Part shown: in pieces, positions 36,552 through 49,345 of the stretch
Numbering within the stretch: position 1 is the stretch's first letter
How the letters are laid out: each line of letters begins with the position of its first letter
Assembly: GCA_040954595.2 (NCBI GenBank)
Contig: CM082584.2
Location: 3,255,344 to 3,319,343, forward strand
DNA length: 64,000 bases
Source: Balanoglossus misakiensis
Taxonomy: Eukaryota > Animalia > Hemichordata
Reading direction: 5' to 3'
The notes under the pieces: generated by a model
Seen by the model: only the letters and a program-made list of their open reading frames with translations
Told to the model about the DNA's origin: nothing
Databases searched by the model: none
Translations under genes and position numbers: made by a program

Positions 36552-39215
36552 ATGGAATTGACAGATTCCAGTGCATCAGAGGATGAAGAAGCGTTATTAT
36601 TTCTTTTGCTGCTTCGTAGACGTCGACGCCGGTTGAGAGCGGCAGCTCGAACAACCTGGGCTCGACAATGGATTTTGCGTCGACAGGCTCAAGGAGCATA
36701 TGCAAACCTGATCCAAGAGTTGAGGACTGAAGACCCTGAAAGCTTCCGCCAGTTCCATCGACTAGACAGGCAATCCTTCCAAGATGTCCTGGCAATGGTT
36801 GGCCCGCTCATTTCAAAACAGGACACAAATATGCGATCAGCAGTTGATCCTAGTGAAAGACTTGCTGTTACATTACGATTCCTTGCTACAGGTAGGTAAA
36901 ATAAATGCTGGCAAGTGATTTAACAAAATATATGTTGATGTTTTCAGACTAGTTCAAGTTAAGGTCAAATGTATACGAGCATGTGGGTTCATAAACCTTG
37001 TGTAGCACATGTTGGACATCATGTGTTTTTTTTTTACTATTTTCAAACAATTTTCAGCATTGCTAAAATATATTTAACTAGTCTGGGAGTTAATGATAAT
37101 TTTGTTATTCTTTTTTAGGAGAAACGTTCAGAAGTCTTTCCTTTCAATTCAGAATAGGGGAGAGGACTGTATCAGCCATTGTCGAGGAAACATGCGGGGT
37201 CTTATACACTGCAATGAAGGAACAGTATTTGAAGGTATTATTTGATTGCTAATTTTATTACAGAAATCAATTGTATAACAATGACATTTTAATGACTTCT
37301 TTGCCATATCTGTGACATATTCTGTTTAACATTTTAACAAATAAATAATCTTGTTTATCATTTTAACAAATAAATAATCTTGTTTATCATTTTAACAAAT
37401 AAATAATCTTGTTTATCATTTTAACAAATAAATAATCTTGTCTATCATTTTAACAAATAAATAATCTTAATCTATAAATGTGTTACTGCATAGAAAAAAT
37501 TAACAACTAACACATAACCAGAAATAGATAACATGTATAACAACACAATATTGCAAAAATGCCCAGATAAATATAATAAATAATACAAGATAAATTGTAA
37601 AAATGCTACATTTCATGCAATAAAATAGCACATTAAAAACAGAGTTGTGGAATTTATAATTACCCATTTGCATACAGCTCCCATTAATGATTTATATTCT
37701 AATTTGTTCCCCTTCAAATGTATACTTGTAAGTAAACTTTTAAAATTGACCAAAACTAATGCAATAAATAGCGTCAAGGACGCTTTGGTCTCATTTGTTT
37801 ATAACAAAAACACTTTCTAAATAAAATATTGAAAATTTCAGCTAAATGGGACTTTTTACATTTGAGTATAGATTGGTGGTTCATCAAAGGGTACATCAAC
37901 ATTATTGGGACCAGAACATTGCTGATGTGGTACATTCCAGTTTTGTTGTGTAAAGGGATGGGCAGGCTGCTGGTAGTTGTAGGGACTATAATTGGCAGGC
38001 ATTAAGGTTCCAGACTGAGCCTCAAACAAAATGTTGTTAATACGATGCTGGGCCAAATGCCTCACCCTGGGCTCAAGGTCTTTTAGTGCCTGGGACACAT
38101 AGGTGCCGAAGGACTGTATGGCACTGTTTTCCTGATATTTTTTTGTCTTTTATTTCTATCTGCAATCGATGCAGCAACCCCCTTTATAAGTTCATACTCC
38201 ATTTCAGCTTGATGGCGTTTTGAAGATTTGTTTTTTGATTTTACTGGTTGTTTTGGTTCTACATCATTGGAATCTTCAACATTTAATGTGGGTTCTTCAT
38301 CTTCATTATGCCTGCTAGTATTAACTTCATCATCCACTGAGGATGGGGATGGCTGAAATGATAAAAAAAATCACATTTAATAACTTCTTATCCTTATATT
38401 CCATTTTGTTTCAGACTCCAACATGCATGGTAGACTGGATAATCATTTCTGATGAATTCAAACAGAAGTGGAACTACCCATGTTGTATTGGGGCAATAGA
38501 TGGCAAACACATTGCCATAGTGCAGCCACACAACAGCGGGTCCGACTTTATTAATAATAAGCATTTTTTTAGTATATTGTTTTTAGCGTTAGTTGATGCA
38601 AATTATAAGTTCATATGTGTAGATGTTGGGGCAGCTGGTCGTGAAGGTGATGCATGCGGGTTCAATCACTCTGTTCTCAAAAATGCGTTGGATGCCAAAT
38701 GCCTAAACGTACCTCCACCAGATAATGTAGCCGGGAACAAGATAAACTACCATATCATTGGGGACGATGCCTTCCCAATGTCAACAAATTTGATGAAACC
38801 CTACCCTCATAGGCATCTGGAGAGAGGGGAAAGGATTTTCAACTATCGCCTCTCCCGTGCTCGGCGGGTTGTTGAAAATGCTTTCGGGATTCTCGCAAAT
38901 AGGTTTCGTGTTTTTCACACATCAATCAATCTCAGCCCCGATAGAGTTACAGCTTTGGTTTTGTCAGCCTGTTGTTTGCACAATTTTATGGTGGATAAAA
39001 ACAAACATGGCTACACTAGTGTTTCTGACAGTGAAGATATTGAAAACCACACATTCACTGCTGGTGCCTGGCGCAATGATCCAGCACTTACTGGATTGGC
39101 ACCAGCACTTGACAGAAATCCAAGTAAAGATGCAAAAACCCTGCGTAATCTTCTGACTACCTACTTTTCTGGAGTAGGCTCAGTCCCATGGCAAAACCAC
39201 ATGGTCACGTTTTGA
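36552..39215 (+). CDS. Harbinger (HARBI1-like) DDE transposase, 3 exons: 36552-36891, 37119-37234, 38415-39215 (418 aa)
   Basis: GT-AG introns in matching phase. Motifs ERLAVTLRFLATG-ETFRSLSFQFRIG, GAIDGKH, GDDAFP and FNYRLSRARRVVENAFGILANRF. No stops. Confidence 0.9.
37331..37468. repeat. 29-bp minisatellite (about 4-5 copies) in the transposase intron
   Basis: cattttaacaaataaataatcttgtttat repeated. Confidence 0.85.
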
Positions 39216-39750
39216 AATTTTCACTGCCAAATGAAACAACTTATACTAGTTGAGATTGGTGCAATACTGGTGCAATGTTATGACCTTTTTCTTATGCACT
39301 ATTTGGAATTGGGGAAGGTGATGTTTTTATACATGGCTAATTTAAAATGTATTTTATTGGTATTATAGGAACAGATTGTTAAATGTTTATATATTGGTAA
39401 TTTGGAATGTCTGTTTAAACTAAATATTTATCTTTCTGCTTTTGCTTGTATATTTATTGATTTTAACTTATGTAAAATGCATTGAGTTATGTATAGTGCA
39501 TTATAAAAAATAACCAATAAGAAGAAAAAGTTCTGCAGTTGTTTAATTTGTTTTGTGTATGTGCTATTTTAATTGAATAAAATACTTACTGTATCCAAAT
39601 TTGAAATTGATGGCCTGGACGCAATAAATGGGTCCAGGAACTGGAGCTTGTCCAGCAGCCAGCTCCTTCTCTTCGTGGTGTTCCGGGCGCTCCCACTACT
39701 CGGGGGTTTCTTAGCCTTTACATAATTGTTTCTGAGATACCGCAATTTTA
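37856..39750 (-). pseudogene. Harbinger MADF/Myb-SANT + BESS-like accessory gene, 5'-truncated (exons ~39750-39590 and 38352-37856)
   Basis: LRYLRNNYVKAKKPPSSGSA...WLLDKLQFLDPF, GTAAGT donor, TTTCAG acceptor, an acidic linker, then FGTYVSQALKDLEPRVRHLAQHRINNILFEA after a frameshift near 38140. Confidence 0.75.
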
Positions 39751-40133
39751 TTTTAACCAATTCTAGTGCAGGAGCTAAACCCCAAATTTTGGCATAATTG
39801 TGCACTTTGGGTTAAAAGCATGAAACTTGGTACACTTATGCATTGACCCATGGCGGCCATTTTCTGATATTGATCCAAAACGACAGCGCCCTCTAGCGGC
39901 CAGAAACAGACATATATACTTTAAAATTGTGCACTTCGGGTTAAAAGCATGAAATTTGGTACAATTATTCATTGACCCATGGCGGAAATTTTCCAATATG
40001 GATCCAGGACGAGCACGGAATGAACATTTATCATAATGATTGTGGAACCAATGTTTGCATAAAGGTATCTGTGAATTTTGGCTAGTTTTTCAAACTTTTC
40101 ATTGGGTCTATCAAGCTTAGCTTGTCCGTCATT

Positions 40134-40242
40134 CACAGAAGCCAGTTGCTCACAGAAGCCAGTTGCTCACAGAAGTCAGTTGCTCACACAAAGTCCGTTG
40201 CTCACACAAAATCCGTTGCTCATGAAGTCGGTTGCTCACAGA
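40134..40242. repeat. 17-19 bp tandem repeat (about 6 copies)
   Basis: cacagaagccagttgct and variants. Confidence 0.8.
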
Positions 40243-41413
40243 GTCCAGCCCAGCTTGGTACATTCCTAATTCCCAAGGCGATGTGGAGCTGGAGCTACGT
40301 GCTCCTCCGAGTCAGTGTTGAGAAGTGTGCGCCGTGGTTTTTGTGAGAAGGCCTTTTATATGGGTGACCATCTGGTTATTACTAATATTTAAATGAACTA
40401 GTTGAAAAGGCAGGGCCCTTTGTTATGCAAAGAAAAGCTACCCCTCTCTCGACCAAGCAACTAAGCAGGGTGTGTCGTAACAGTACTTAAACCATGGAGC
40501 TACCACAGCTTAGACGACAATGAACTGTCTGTTTCCTCAACCTTGAAAATCACTGTGACGCCACCGCACCAATACGCGATGTATCCTACAACTTAATTGG
40601 TCGTTCGAAACTTAGACCTCTAATTGAAAATGTAGAAAAAGATGTTCACGCCATTCAAAGATTCATTTACTCGCAGTATACCATTTTTTACACTATCTTC
40701 ATTGTATATACTTGAAATTTAAAGCCATTTTAAATGTCAAGTGCGTACATCACTTTAATGGTCTCCACAACATCTCTTTCAACAAAAGTTACATTACCTG
40801 GTTTTTCTGAATTAACTTTTGCAGATAACCTTCGTGTGTCCATGACACAGTTTCCGCTCTACCTATTTGTGTACGTGGTTTATCTACAGGAATACCATGG
40901 TAATACACCACAGTTACAATTGACCAGGACGAACACGGACTGGACATTGATCTAAATGATTGTGGAGCCAGTGATTTCAGGAAAGTCATGATTCTGAATA
41001 TGCTGGCTAGATTGTGCATAGAACTCGAAGCCGACGGGAAAAAATAACTGAAAAATTTCTACCATTATGAGGTTAACGAACCCAGATACGGTAAGAACTC
41101 CCGCCATGTGATATATGGCCTCTTCTGCAAACATGGGCGAATCGCTACATGCAATGAAATAGCCGGATGTTCCCACTGATTTGCTACGCGCCTCAAAAAC
41201 TCTGATATTGGCACATTTTTACGCGCTAGCGACAACCAATTGTAAGAGAGATAGATAAATCGATGTCGATATGATAGCCTGTTTGTCGATGTTTAGGAAT
41301 GGGGTAGAAATTCTAAAGATGGCAGACATGTAGAGGCCAAAAAAAACGGCGAATATTCAAGAGTGTCGAGAAGTTTTCAAGTTGGAGTTTGACACCTTCC
41401 CGCTATATTTAAA

Positions 41414-41594
41414 TAATAACACATGTTAGCGAGGGCATTATCATGATCTTTGGCCTGCTCGAGGGATGGTGATCTCTGACCATAAAATTGATGATGCCCT
41501 GCGGCTCGGGCATCATCAATATTATTGTCAGAGATCACCATCCCGAGGGCAGGCCAAAGATCACGATATTGTCCGAGCATGACATGTATTATTA
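41414..41594. repeat. 181-bp palindrome with two CGAG/CGAG mismatches
   Basis: CGAG at 41430/41574 and 41460/41544, exactly symmetric about the axis. Confidence 0.9.
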
Positions 41595-41959
41595 TATCGA
41601 ACAAACTGCATGTATACATGATTGACAACACAGGACACACGCAACTTTTAACACTATTTCATCTTTAATTTGCAAGATAACGTTAACTTTTAACAACATT
41701 TTTTTTTAATTTTGCCAATACACCGGTACATTTCTTCACTTCTTCTGCCCCAAGAAAATGTTAAAATCCCCCCCCCCCCCCCCTGTTATCGTTGCTTTGG
41801 AAGCTGCTGATCTTGGCATGTCAATATGTACACGCGGAGACAGTGGATATTGTTTCTCTGTGGAGTGAGCCTGAAAAATCACAGAGGACAGTGGTACACG
41901 GCTGGTGGTGGTGAGCTGGCTGGATGCACCACAGCTTTGGCCTGCAGAAATTGCTGTTG

Positions 41960-43440
41960 CCATCGTAGCATTCGCTCAGGAGAGTTATCGATGTTGCTCT
42001 TATGCTGTGGTTCATATAGCGTTGACTCAGATCCGGGGCTGTAGAAATGACTGACATTAGTCGTGGACAGGCTGTTCTTTCCGATCGGTTTGTTTTTCAT
42101 ACCAAACGCTATCACTGACATGATACTTATCGCGTGGACGATGAAATAGAGCATCACATACCGGGTTCATCTTGCAAACGTAAAGTTCAAATGCACTGAC
42201 AGGACACTCGAGTGGGTTTGATGAATTGACGTACATAAGGGACCGTTCAGTTTTTACGGCCGGGGGGGGGGGGGGGGTCGGCAAGTTTGTGTCACCGGTT
42301 TTCAAAATCAGGCCGACCCCCCTTCACCCAGGAGCAAAAAAATGATGACCCCCCCTTTTGACAGACCCCAAAATATGATAGAATTGGTAAAACAAGAAAA
42401 GTGGCAGGGGTGGGCGTGGGAGGGTGTGTCCCCTTCCCACATAAGAAAATTTTGTGAAATATGTAGCGCAAAGTTGCATTTTAATGAACTCAAAAGCAAA
42501 TTATCTCAATGTTTGGGAGGACCAATTTTACCTTTGCCACTCCACTCAAAGTTAGAAGATTTGGCGTCATCTTCGTCATGACATCATTTATAAAACTTCT
42601 AGTTTATAGAAGATGCAGCGCAAAACTATCAGTTATGCGAAATGGTTTAAACGATTCTTCTTCTTTATGTATTGACTTTGTTAGGCACTCTGCCCTGGTA
42701 CACTAGACAAACCAGCAAAAAATGAAATGTGGCGGAGAATGAATGGGGTGGGAGGGGGTGTCCCCATCCCACATTAGAAAATTTTGTAAAATAAAGGGCG
42801 CGAAACTGCAATTTTGTGGACTCAAAAGCAAGAGTTCAGTGGCAAAAGTATGTGACCCCCCCCCCCTTAACGTTTAAAAAAACCAGATGACCCCCCCTTT
42901 TGGACATCAAAATTTAAGTGACCCCCCTGGATTTTGCCGCCCCCCCCCCCGGCCGTAAAAACTGAACGGTCCCTAATACCACCCGACACCCAGTCGTCGT
43001 CGACCTGATGGTTCTTCGTTACTTCACTACCGACCTGAATAACAAACTTGTTATCGCTATCGTCCGCCTTTATTTCAAAATGTACTATGTGGAGATCCCA
43101 TTGACTTTCTCTACCACGTCGGCAAAAAAAGCATGATGTTAAACCACACTTTATGAATTAGGTCGCATCAACATCGGAGCGAGAAAATAGCTCGCGAGTT
43201 TCTTGAAGTCGCCCGGAAGTATTGCTGGCTTGTGAACGACGTTTCCCTTTCTTGGCTCTTCAGCTGCTTACATACGGCCGTGAACATCTTGCGGCTTTCA
43301 GAAAACTCTTCGCCATTTACAATGTCAAAGTTACGGCGCAGTGGTGGTCGACTGTAGTAACGCTGGATGCCATAGCGAAGTGACTGCAGCGATTTCTTGG
43401 AGCATTTTTCTCCTTTCTGTGTACGTTCCTCTGGGTAGTG
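41960..43440 (-). pseudogene. Crypton-type tyrosine recombinase (DUF3504; ZMYM/KCTD1/QRICH1-related), degraded and MITE-split
   Basis: SKKSLQSLRYGIQRY...FDIVNGEEFSESRKMF, CPVSAFELYVCKMNPVCDALFHRP...WYEKQ, PIGKNSLS and YMNHSIRATSITLL (HxxR); several frameshifts. Confidence 0.85.
42239..42973. mobile_element. Harbinger MITE inserted in the Crypton recombinase
   Basis: TIR GGGACCGTTCAGTTTTTACGGCCGG with TSD TAA (42236-42238, 42974-42976). Confidence 0.92.
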
Positions 43441-44679
43441 TTGTGTTTGCATCAACATGAGATAAATGATGCGATCATTTAGGTAAAACAAACAACCTAT
43501 TTATTGAACGACAGAAATACTCAACAATGTGCTTCGCCTACTTGGGCGGAAGTGACGTCATACAGCAACTCGAAAACAAGTGGAACACCAATAATACAAC
43601 TATAGAGGGCGTAGCTATCAGAATACTACAGGTAGAATAAGGTGATGAGTGTCACGACGTCACTTCCGGTTTAACCTGCTCTTAGTCAGCAAAACATGGT
43701 CGACCCAGCAGTGTCACGCGTGTAGCTTTCTGTTCGCAATCGACTTATGTTCTCGTAGGTTATGTAAAGGAAACTCCGTTCGAACGAAAAACCAATCCAA
43801 TTTATATAAGTTTATGTATGTTAGCATCGTTCTGTGAGGAAAGTACTATCGATTTTGTTCCGAGTCGCGATTTTTTGGTGTTTTTTCACTCCGTATGTCA
43901 GCTGGCATCATGGCATACTGTTGCCAACGATCGTACTCGGACGACGTAGTTTGAAGTTGGCAGGCAGACTAAACAGCGAGCGCACAGCTTTATTATGTGT
44001 ATATTTTGAAAGACTAATATGTAATGTGTCTGAAATTGCATGGGAGTCCCAAAGCGCCCCTTTTATTTTATCGATTTCACCGTATTTAGAAACTGTACTA
44101 TCTCATAGGCGCCTAACACATTTCCTCTCCGTATGTGAAGGCCGTGGTGATCGCAACTTACTGTAATACTAAATTTTAGAATAACCCTATTACAGTCAAC
44201 ACGTTCCTGAAAAAGACCAATTCGATACCATTCCAGCGGCAGTAAAATTTTCTTTCAAGCACTTATAATATATACGATTTTTTATGTGGTAGTTAAGGAC
44301 GCGCGCCGTTTGACTTGCGTAACTAACCACATATTTACAAACATGCATGTAGGTTTCTTGTACCCATTGTGCGTAAAATAAAAAAAGTCTTCTGGTTTTC
44401 GTTTATTTGCGGTTTGGAGTGGGGTTTAAAAAAATACTGTACACATTTGAGAAGAAAACTGAGTTGTAATAGAACGAATAGAAAAGCTGCAACGGTATGT
44501 TGGCCTACGGTAAAGCTTTTCACGCTCGGCGGCCATCATGCAGCTACGCCCCGTCGACGTATGCGCATAGCCCCGCGGCCAGTACATCGATCCGAATAGA
44601 CGGTCCGAATCTTCCATTCAGTCCAAGTGCCCAAACTGCCTGCAGGGTTAAGCGTATAAAGTGTTATTACACCTCACTC

Positions 44680-45260
44680 TGTATTCTGTACTCTTGATTG
44701 GCTGAAACCGTACCACGTGACATAGAAAAAAACGTGATATTACATGGTTGACAAAGTCTATGGCCCGTAGGTAGGGGCTACGGGCCGGGGATACGCGCGA
44801 ATATATTGCCGGCTGAGAACAGGTTTTAGGTTCTGCGCATCTTTTCTGCGCATAACAAACTGTCGTTCAATGACTTCCTTCACGATCGGTCAACACCCGC
44901 ATTTATGGCTTCAAAGCGACACACAGGATTAACACCTGTTCAACTGGACGATATGTTACCGCAAACGGACAATAAATACACCAAAGTCGCAACCAACATC
45001 GCGGTTTATCTGAGTTCGAAGTAGGTACACTGTACAGCGAGATATTTTAGTTCACTGCAACCTGCATCGTACGAAATGGACGCAACCCTCTATGCTGTGT
45101 ATGGTCAAATGTTCGGTATAATAAAATTAATAACACATGTCATGCTCCTGCAATATCATGATCTTCGGCCTGCCCTCGGGCTGGTGGTCTCTGACCAAAA
45201 TCGCCGTACGACCGAGGGCCGCAAAACCCGTATCAGGGCCGTAAAGGTTTTATCATATGC
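44680..45260 (+). mobile_element. Probable non-autonomous Crypton derivative
   Basis: MASKRHTGLTPVQLDDMLPQTDNKYTKVATNIAV from about 44905 resembles Crypton recombinase N-termini. 45130-45197 matches an arm of the 41414 palindrome. Confidence 0.5.
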
Positions 45261-45921
45261 CTTATTGAACGATAATCTACAAGAAACTAATAAAATACAC
45301 ATTCTGTAATATTTTGGAATGTAAATATTACGTGTTTATCTATCGTTTTGAAATGATCTATCCCGTAGCATAGAGGCGCATTCCTCCAGTTCTTGCGGAT
45401 TGATATGCACGATGTCATTTGTTTACATTCTATTGCACGTGAGATATAGACGCGCTCGAACTCACACAGCCGAGCGCGAGCATAACATTATTTTTTCTTC
45501 GCGACGATCGACGCCGACAGTCACACATTAATCTACAACATGCAGCGATTATGGAAGAGGATGTGATTCGGTAGCGGCATAGGACATACACACACTGCAA
45601 GTGCACTAGTCACTGACAACGCACCAGAAAAATTTAAATCAGAACGTAGCAACGACAACTTTCGAATCTCGCGCAATAAACACAAAACTAGATCCGGATA
45701 TTGAACGCGTCTTCCAAATATGGTCACCGGGCCGGGGCGTGATAAGCAAAAAAACTGCACGGATGTGAGGGCGCTTTTCCCCATAGACTTTACATGGGCA
45801 CGTGAATATAGGCATATGATAATGGTACATTGCATCCGTGCAAAAACTTAAATACGACAGTGTGTGTCGCGAAGACGAGGAGATATATGCAGTAGACAGT
45901 AACGAAACCTGTTATATGCCA

Positions 45922-46103
45922 GAACTCCATGACCTCTGCACTCCAGCAATGCTGTACGGAATTTGTTTTCATAAGTGATGCAGTGTGTATTCTGTCGCAG
46001 TACTCTCACTAGCTATGCTCCTGAAAGTACGGCAGAACACCCTGCAACACATGTGAAAACAACTTCCGTACAGCACAGATTGCACGCAGAGGTCACAGAG
46101 TTC
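45922..46103. repeat. Degenerate palindrome related to 27256-27440
   Basis: gaactccatgacctctgc...gcagaggtcacagagttc and gctgtacggaa.ttgttttca / tgaaaacaacttccgtacagc. Confidence 0.7.
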
Positions 46104-46195
46104 AGTTATTGCTGCATATATTTCCTCGGTTTGATGAAAATTTAAGTTTCAATCGTTCCATTGGGCATAGTTATACAGTTTAATGTTCATTATTT

Positions 46196-46339
46196 AGGGG
46201 TTATTACACTAATTTTGGTCGATAACGCGTCGTATTCGAGTGTGTCCGTATTTTGACGAGTTGCGCTTCGCAACGAGTCAAAATACTGACATCACGAGAA
46301 TGCGTCGCGTTATCGACCAAAATTAGTGTAATAACCCCT
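46196..46339. repeat. 144-bp palindrome with two CGAG/CGAG mismatches
   Basis: Perfect 34-bp outer arms; CGAG at 46237/46295 and 46257/46274. Confidence 0.9.
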
Positions 46340-47103
46340 TTATCATACATGCCTACCTATAAAACAGTACGATTTGCGAAAATGCGCCGAGAAAAACAAT
46401 TTCAAATTTGAACAGGGCGCTGGGATCACGGCAGTAGCCATGTTGTGACGTATGACGTGTGGGCCGTAGTATCATTTTAAGGGGGTTGGCAGCTTTCATT
46501 ACGATGGGCACATCCGCATTCTAAATAAAATTGTCTACGTTCTCTTTCAAAATATCATGTTAACAATTATGTTGCATTGATAATTTCGAAGAACTAAAAA
46601 TGATGCATTCAACATGACAAAACCGCCAGCTTTGAAAACTTTATTACAGCTTCTAATAACCGAATTTTACAACACCCCTCTCCACTAGAGTCCTATGCCC
46701 CGTGTGTCGCTCGCGCGCGCAGCGAACAATCTCGCCGAGACGCGGACGCGATATTTTCACATTGTGAAATACCGTAAAATATCTTCGGGGCGAGAACAAT
46801 AGAAAGTGTTAAATACAGGCGTTGCATGTATGATAATGTAATTTACAGTGCACCGATTGAAAACATTGATGATTTCTAAATACCGATTAACGTACGTGAA
46901 AGCAATTTTGATAAGTTTTATTACATTCAGTACAGTAGTGATGCAAAAATTCATTGAATATAGTAATTAGCTCTTAAAAGGAAACTACTGAACGTCACAA
47001 TATACAGACAGATCGAGCAAGTTACAATAAATTGAAAATACAGAAAAATCAAAATGTATCATTGATAGGAAAACATCAGTCAGCATAAAGATTATCTATT
47101 TAA

Positions 47104-47339
47104 AGGGAAAGGGGTCGTCGCGCCGCGTTGGTGCCCCCTTTGTAGAAAATATGTCCTCTCATACCAGCGCAAACCCCACTGCAGTCGCCACGACCTACTA
47201 AGGTCGTCAGTTGCCGTGATGCCCAGTCTATGCTACAGTTCGCTGCTTCGTTCATTTTAAGAATTATCTAATTTCAGGGATTTGTGAATGGATGGTGATG
47301 TTTATAAATACACAAACGCGGCGCGTAGACCCCCTCACT
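47104..47339. mobile_element. TTAA-flanked MITE (Kolobok-like); second copy at about 51257-51488
   Basis: TTAA-AGGGAAAGGGGTCGTCGCGCCGCG...CGCGGCGCGTAGACCCCCTCACT-TTAA. Confidence 0.7.
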
Positions 47340-48337
47340 TTAATGATTACTTCTCAATCCACACCTACATTGGCCTTGTAATAAGATCTCCGAGTGTGAA
47401 TTCACTTCATATTGATAGGATGTACACTGCCGTACATATTGATTTGTCAAAGGAAACTGAGTTTATTACAAGTAGTTCAGTTCATCTAGATATTAAATAC
47501 AAAAACACCACTTTTCATAAAGCAAAGGGGTTCATTTATTACTCATTTTACGTTATGCAATGACATAATGCACAGTGAGTGACTTTCTGCAAGCATTCCC
47601 TGTATTCTTGATATCACAAAACAGGTCAAAACAGAGATTTTGTCCCATTAATGGCATCTGATTGAAAAATATTGGGTAAAAAGCCTTTGATCACAAGATA
47701 TTAATATCGAATCGACATTTGGCTTAGACGTTTTCAAGTAAACAGTATACATTGTGTGTAATATATATATGAGAATACTAAATTTAAGAAAAACATCCAA
47801 AATGACACGTAATGATTCAAAGCCCATAATGAAAATACAGTTAGAGATATTTGTCCAAGTTATCTTCCTGCCAAATTTCCGAAATGGGAATAATTATGCA
47901 AATAACTCATAATTATGCAAGCCACGCCCACTATTATCTTATCACATATGTTTCTTTACCTGGCGATGTGATATATCAAATATCATTACATTTGATTCAG
48001 TGGTTTTCATGTTACAGTGTACATTGCACTATGCACTATGCAAATGAGAATACATAATTTTAGTAAAACATCTTAAAATGACATTTGCAACGATTCAATT
48101 AAAAAATCCTAATAACATGCTGGAGATATTTGCAAGAGTCATCATTGGGGAAAAATCAGAAAAAGAGGTTTAACCGAAGCGTTTTCGAATAACTATTAAC
48201 TGGATGAACGAGGCTTTTAATTTTAATCGATGTTACTTCTTAAAGCTTTATCAAATGAATTAAATATTTAATTTAAAAACGACACAGCTTTTTATGTAGC
48301 TGTAGGCATGGAGAAACCACATTTTCCGATAACTATA

Positions 48338-49345
48338 TTACAGTACAGTCTCTGTAGAGGCGTGAAGTGGATTTGTTGAATGAACTACCCGTTGTGCTAC
48401 TGATATGGGCATAGTGTTAGTGGGTCCCTGTGAAACACCACATGTACAATAGCAACATACTTGCTTCACTGCCTTTCTGTACTGGGAACTGCTCACTGTG
48501 TATATGAATGGGTTTATGGAACAGTTCAGGGTGAACAATATTTTAGCCGTCCGAGAAAAGACAAACAATCCGTCCATCTGGGGAGATTCTGGCCTATAAA
48601 CGCCGTCTTCTTGTAAGCTTACAATGAAAAATAACACCACAGCGGGGATGACGCTGATGAATATAACGACGTTTGTTATAATGACGGTTCTGAGTACTTG
48701 GGTTAGTTCTCTGAAGGCGGGAAGTTTCCAACCTCGTTTCGAAGACTTACTTCGTCTGTGGATAGTTTTTACGATCAAGCTGTACAGTGTTGTTGTTTCA
48801 ACAACACAGACGAACAGGACAGCCATGATTAAATACAGACAGATTATCGCAAATCTGTTCTGCTCGCTGGGGTGGAGAAATTCTATACAAGTCCCGGCTT
48901 CAATAACTGCCAATGTGAGACTTAGCGTCCACGTTGCCATGACACCAATTGCCAGGTTTTTCGACCTTAGTAAGAAAGCTTTGAATGGATGGCAAATGGC
49001 TACGTATCGTTCGATGGATATTAAAGCGACTGTCAAACACGACTCGACAAGTGGTATAAACTGTGTCATCGCGTGCAAGGCACACGGGATAGTCATAAAC
49101 ATACTGACGAATACATTGAATAGCCATGTCAGATCCGATAGGGCTAAATTAACTAACAAAATGTTAGTTTTGGTTTGAATAGCTTTGGCTTTGCAAAAAA
49201 CGATAATGAATGAAAAGTTGTTCAAAATACCAACATTTGCTATGGCGAACTCAGTGTACTTTATGAGCCCGATCAGTGCATCGACGCTCGTAAGGCTGGT
49301 AGAATTATTTTCACCACAGATTGCTTCTTGCGTTGAATTATCCAT
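48338..49345 (-). CDS. Intronless rhodopsin-class (class A) GPCR, 335 aa, orphan
   Basis: Seven hydrophobic segments; GILNN (TM1), NLALSD (TM2), ERYVAICHP (TM3), TM4 Trp, NCSINPFIY (TM7); N-glycosylation sequons. The ATG at 49345 is preferred over the upstream TTG. Confidence 0.92.
   Translation of the reverse strand: MDNSTQEAICGENNSTSLTSVDALIGLIKYTEFAIANVGILNNFSFIIVFCKAKAIQTKTNILLVNLALSDLTWLFNVFVSMFMTIPCALHAMTQFIPLVESCLTVALISIERYVAICHPFKAFLLRSKNLAIGVMATWTLSLTLAVIEAGTCIEFLHPSEQNRFAIICLYLIMAVLFVCVVETTTLYSLIVKTIHRRSKSSKRGWKLPAFRELTQVLRTVIITNVVIFISVIPAVVLFFIVSLQEDGVYRPESPQMDGLFVFSRTAKILFTLNCSINPFIYTVSSSQYRKAVKQVCCYCTCGVSQGPTNTMPISVAQRVVHSTNPLHASTETVL

Larger units (their letters stand above)
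35678..39760 (+). mobile_element. Harbinger transposon, right end truncated
   Basis: TAA followed by AGGCCGCCGCACACG is the putative left end. It encodes a transposase (+) and a MADF/BESS-like gene (-). No right TIR was found. Confidence 0.75.

Noticed and set aside
38343-38414. ATG at 38343 as the transposase start
   Set aside because: It is intronic; splicing from two upstream exons gives the full Harbinger N-terminus.
36552-39215. Domesticated host HARBI1
   Set aside because: The adjacent MADF/BESS partner and TIR-like left end indicate a transposon copy.
48624-49178. 184-aa plus-strand ORF
   Set aside because: It is the antisense shadow of the GPCR.
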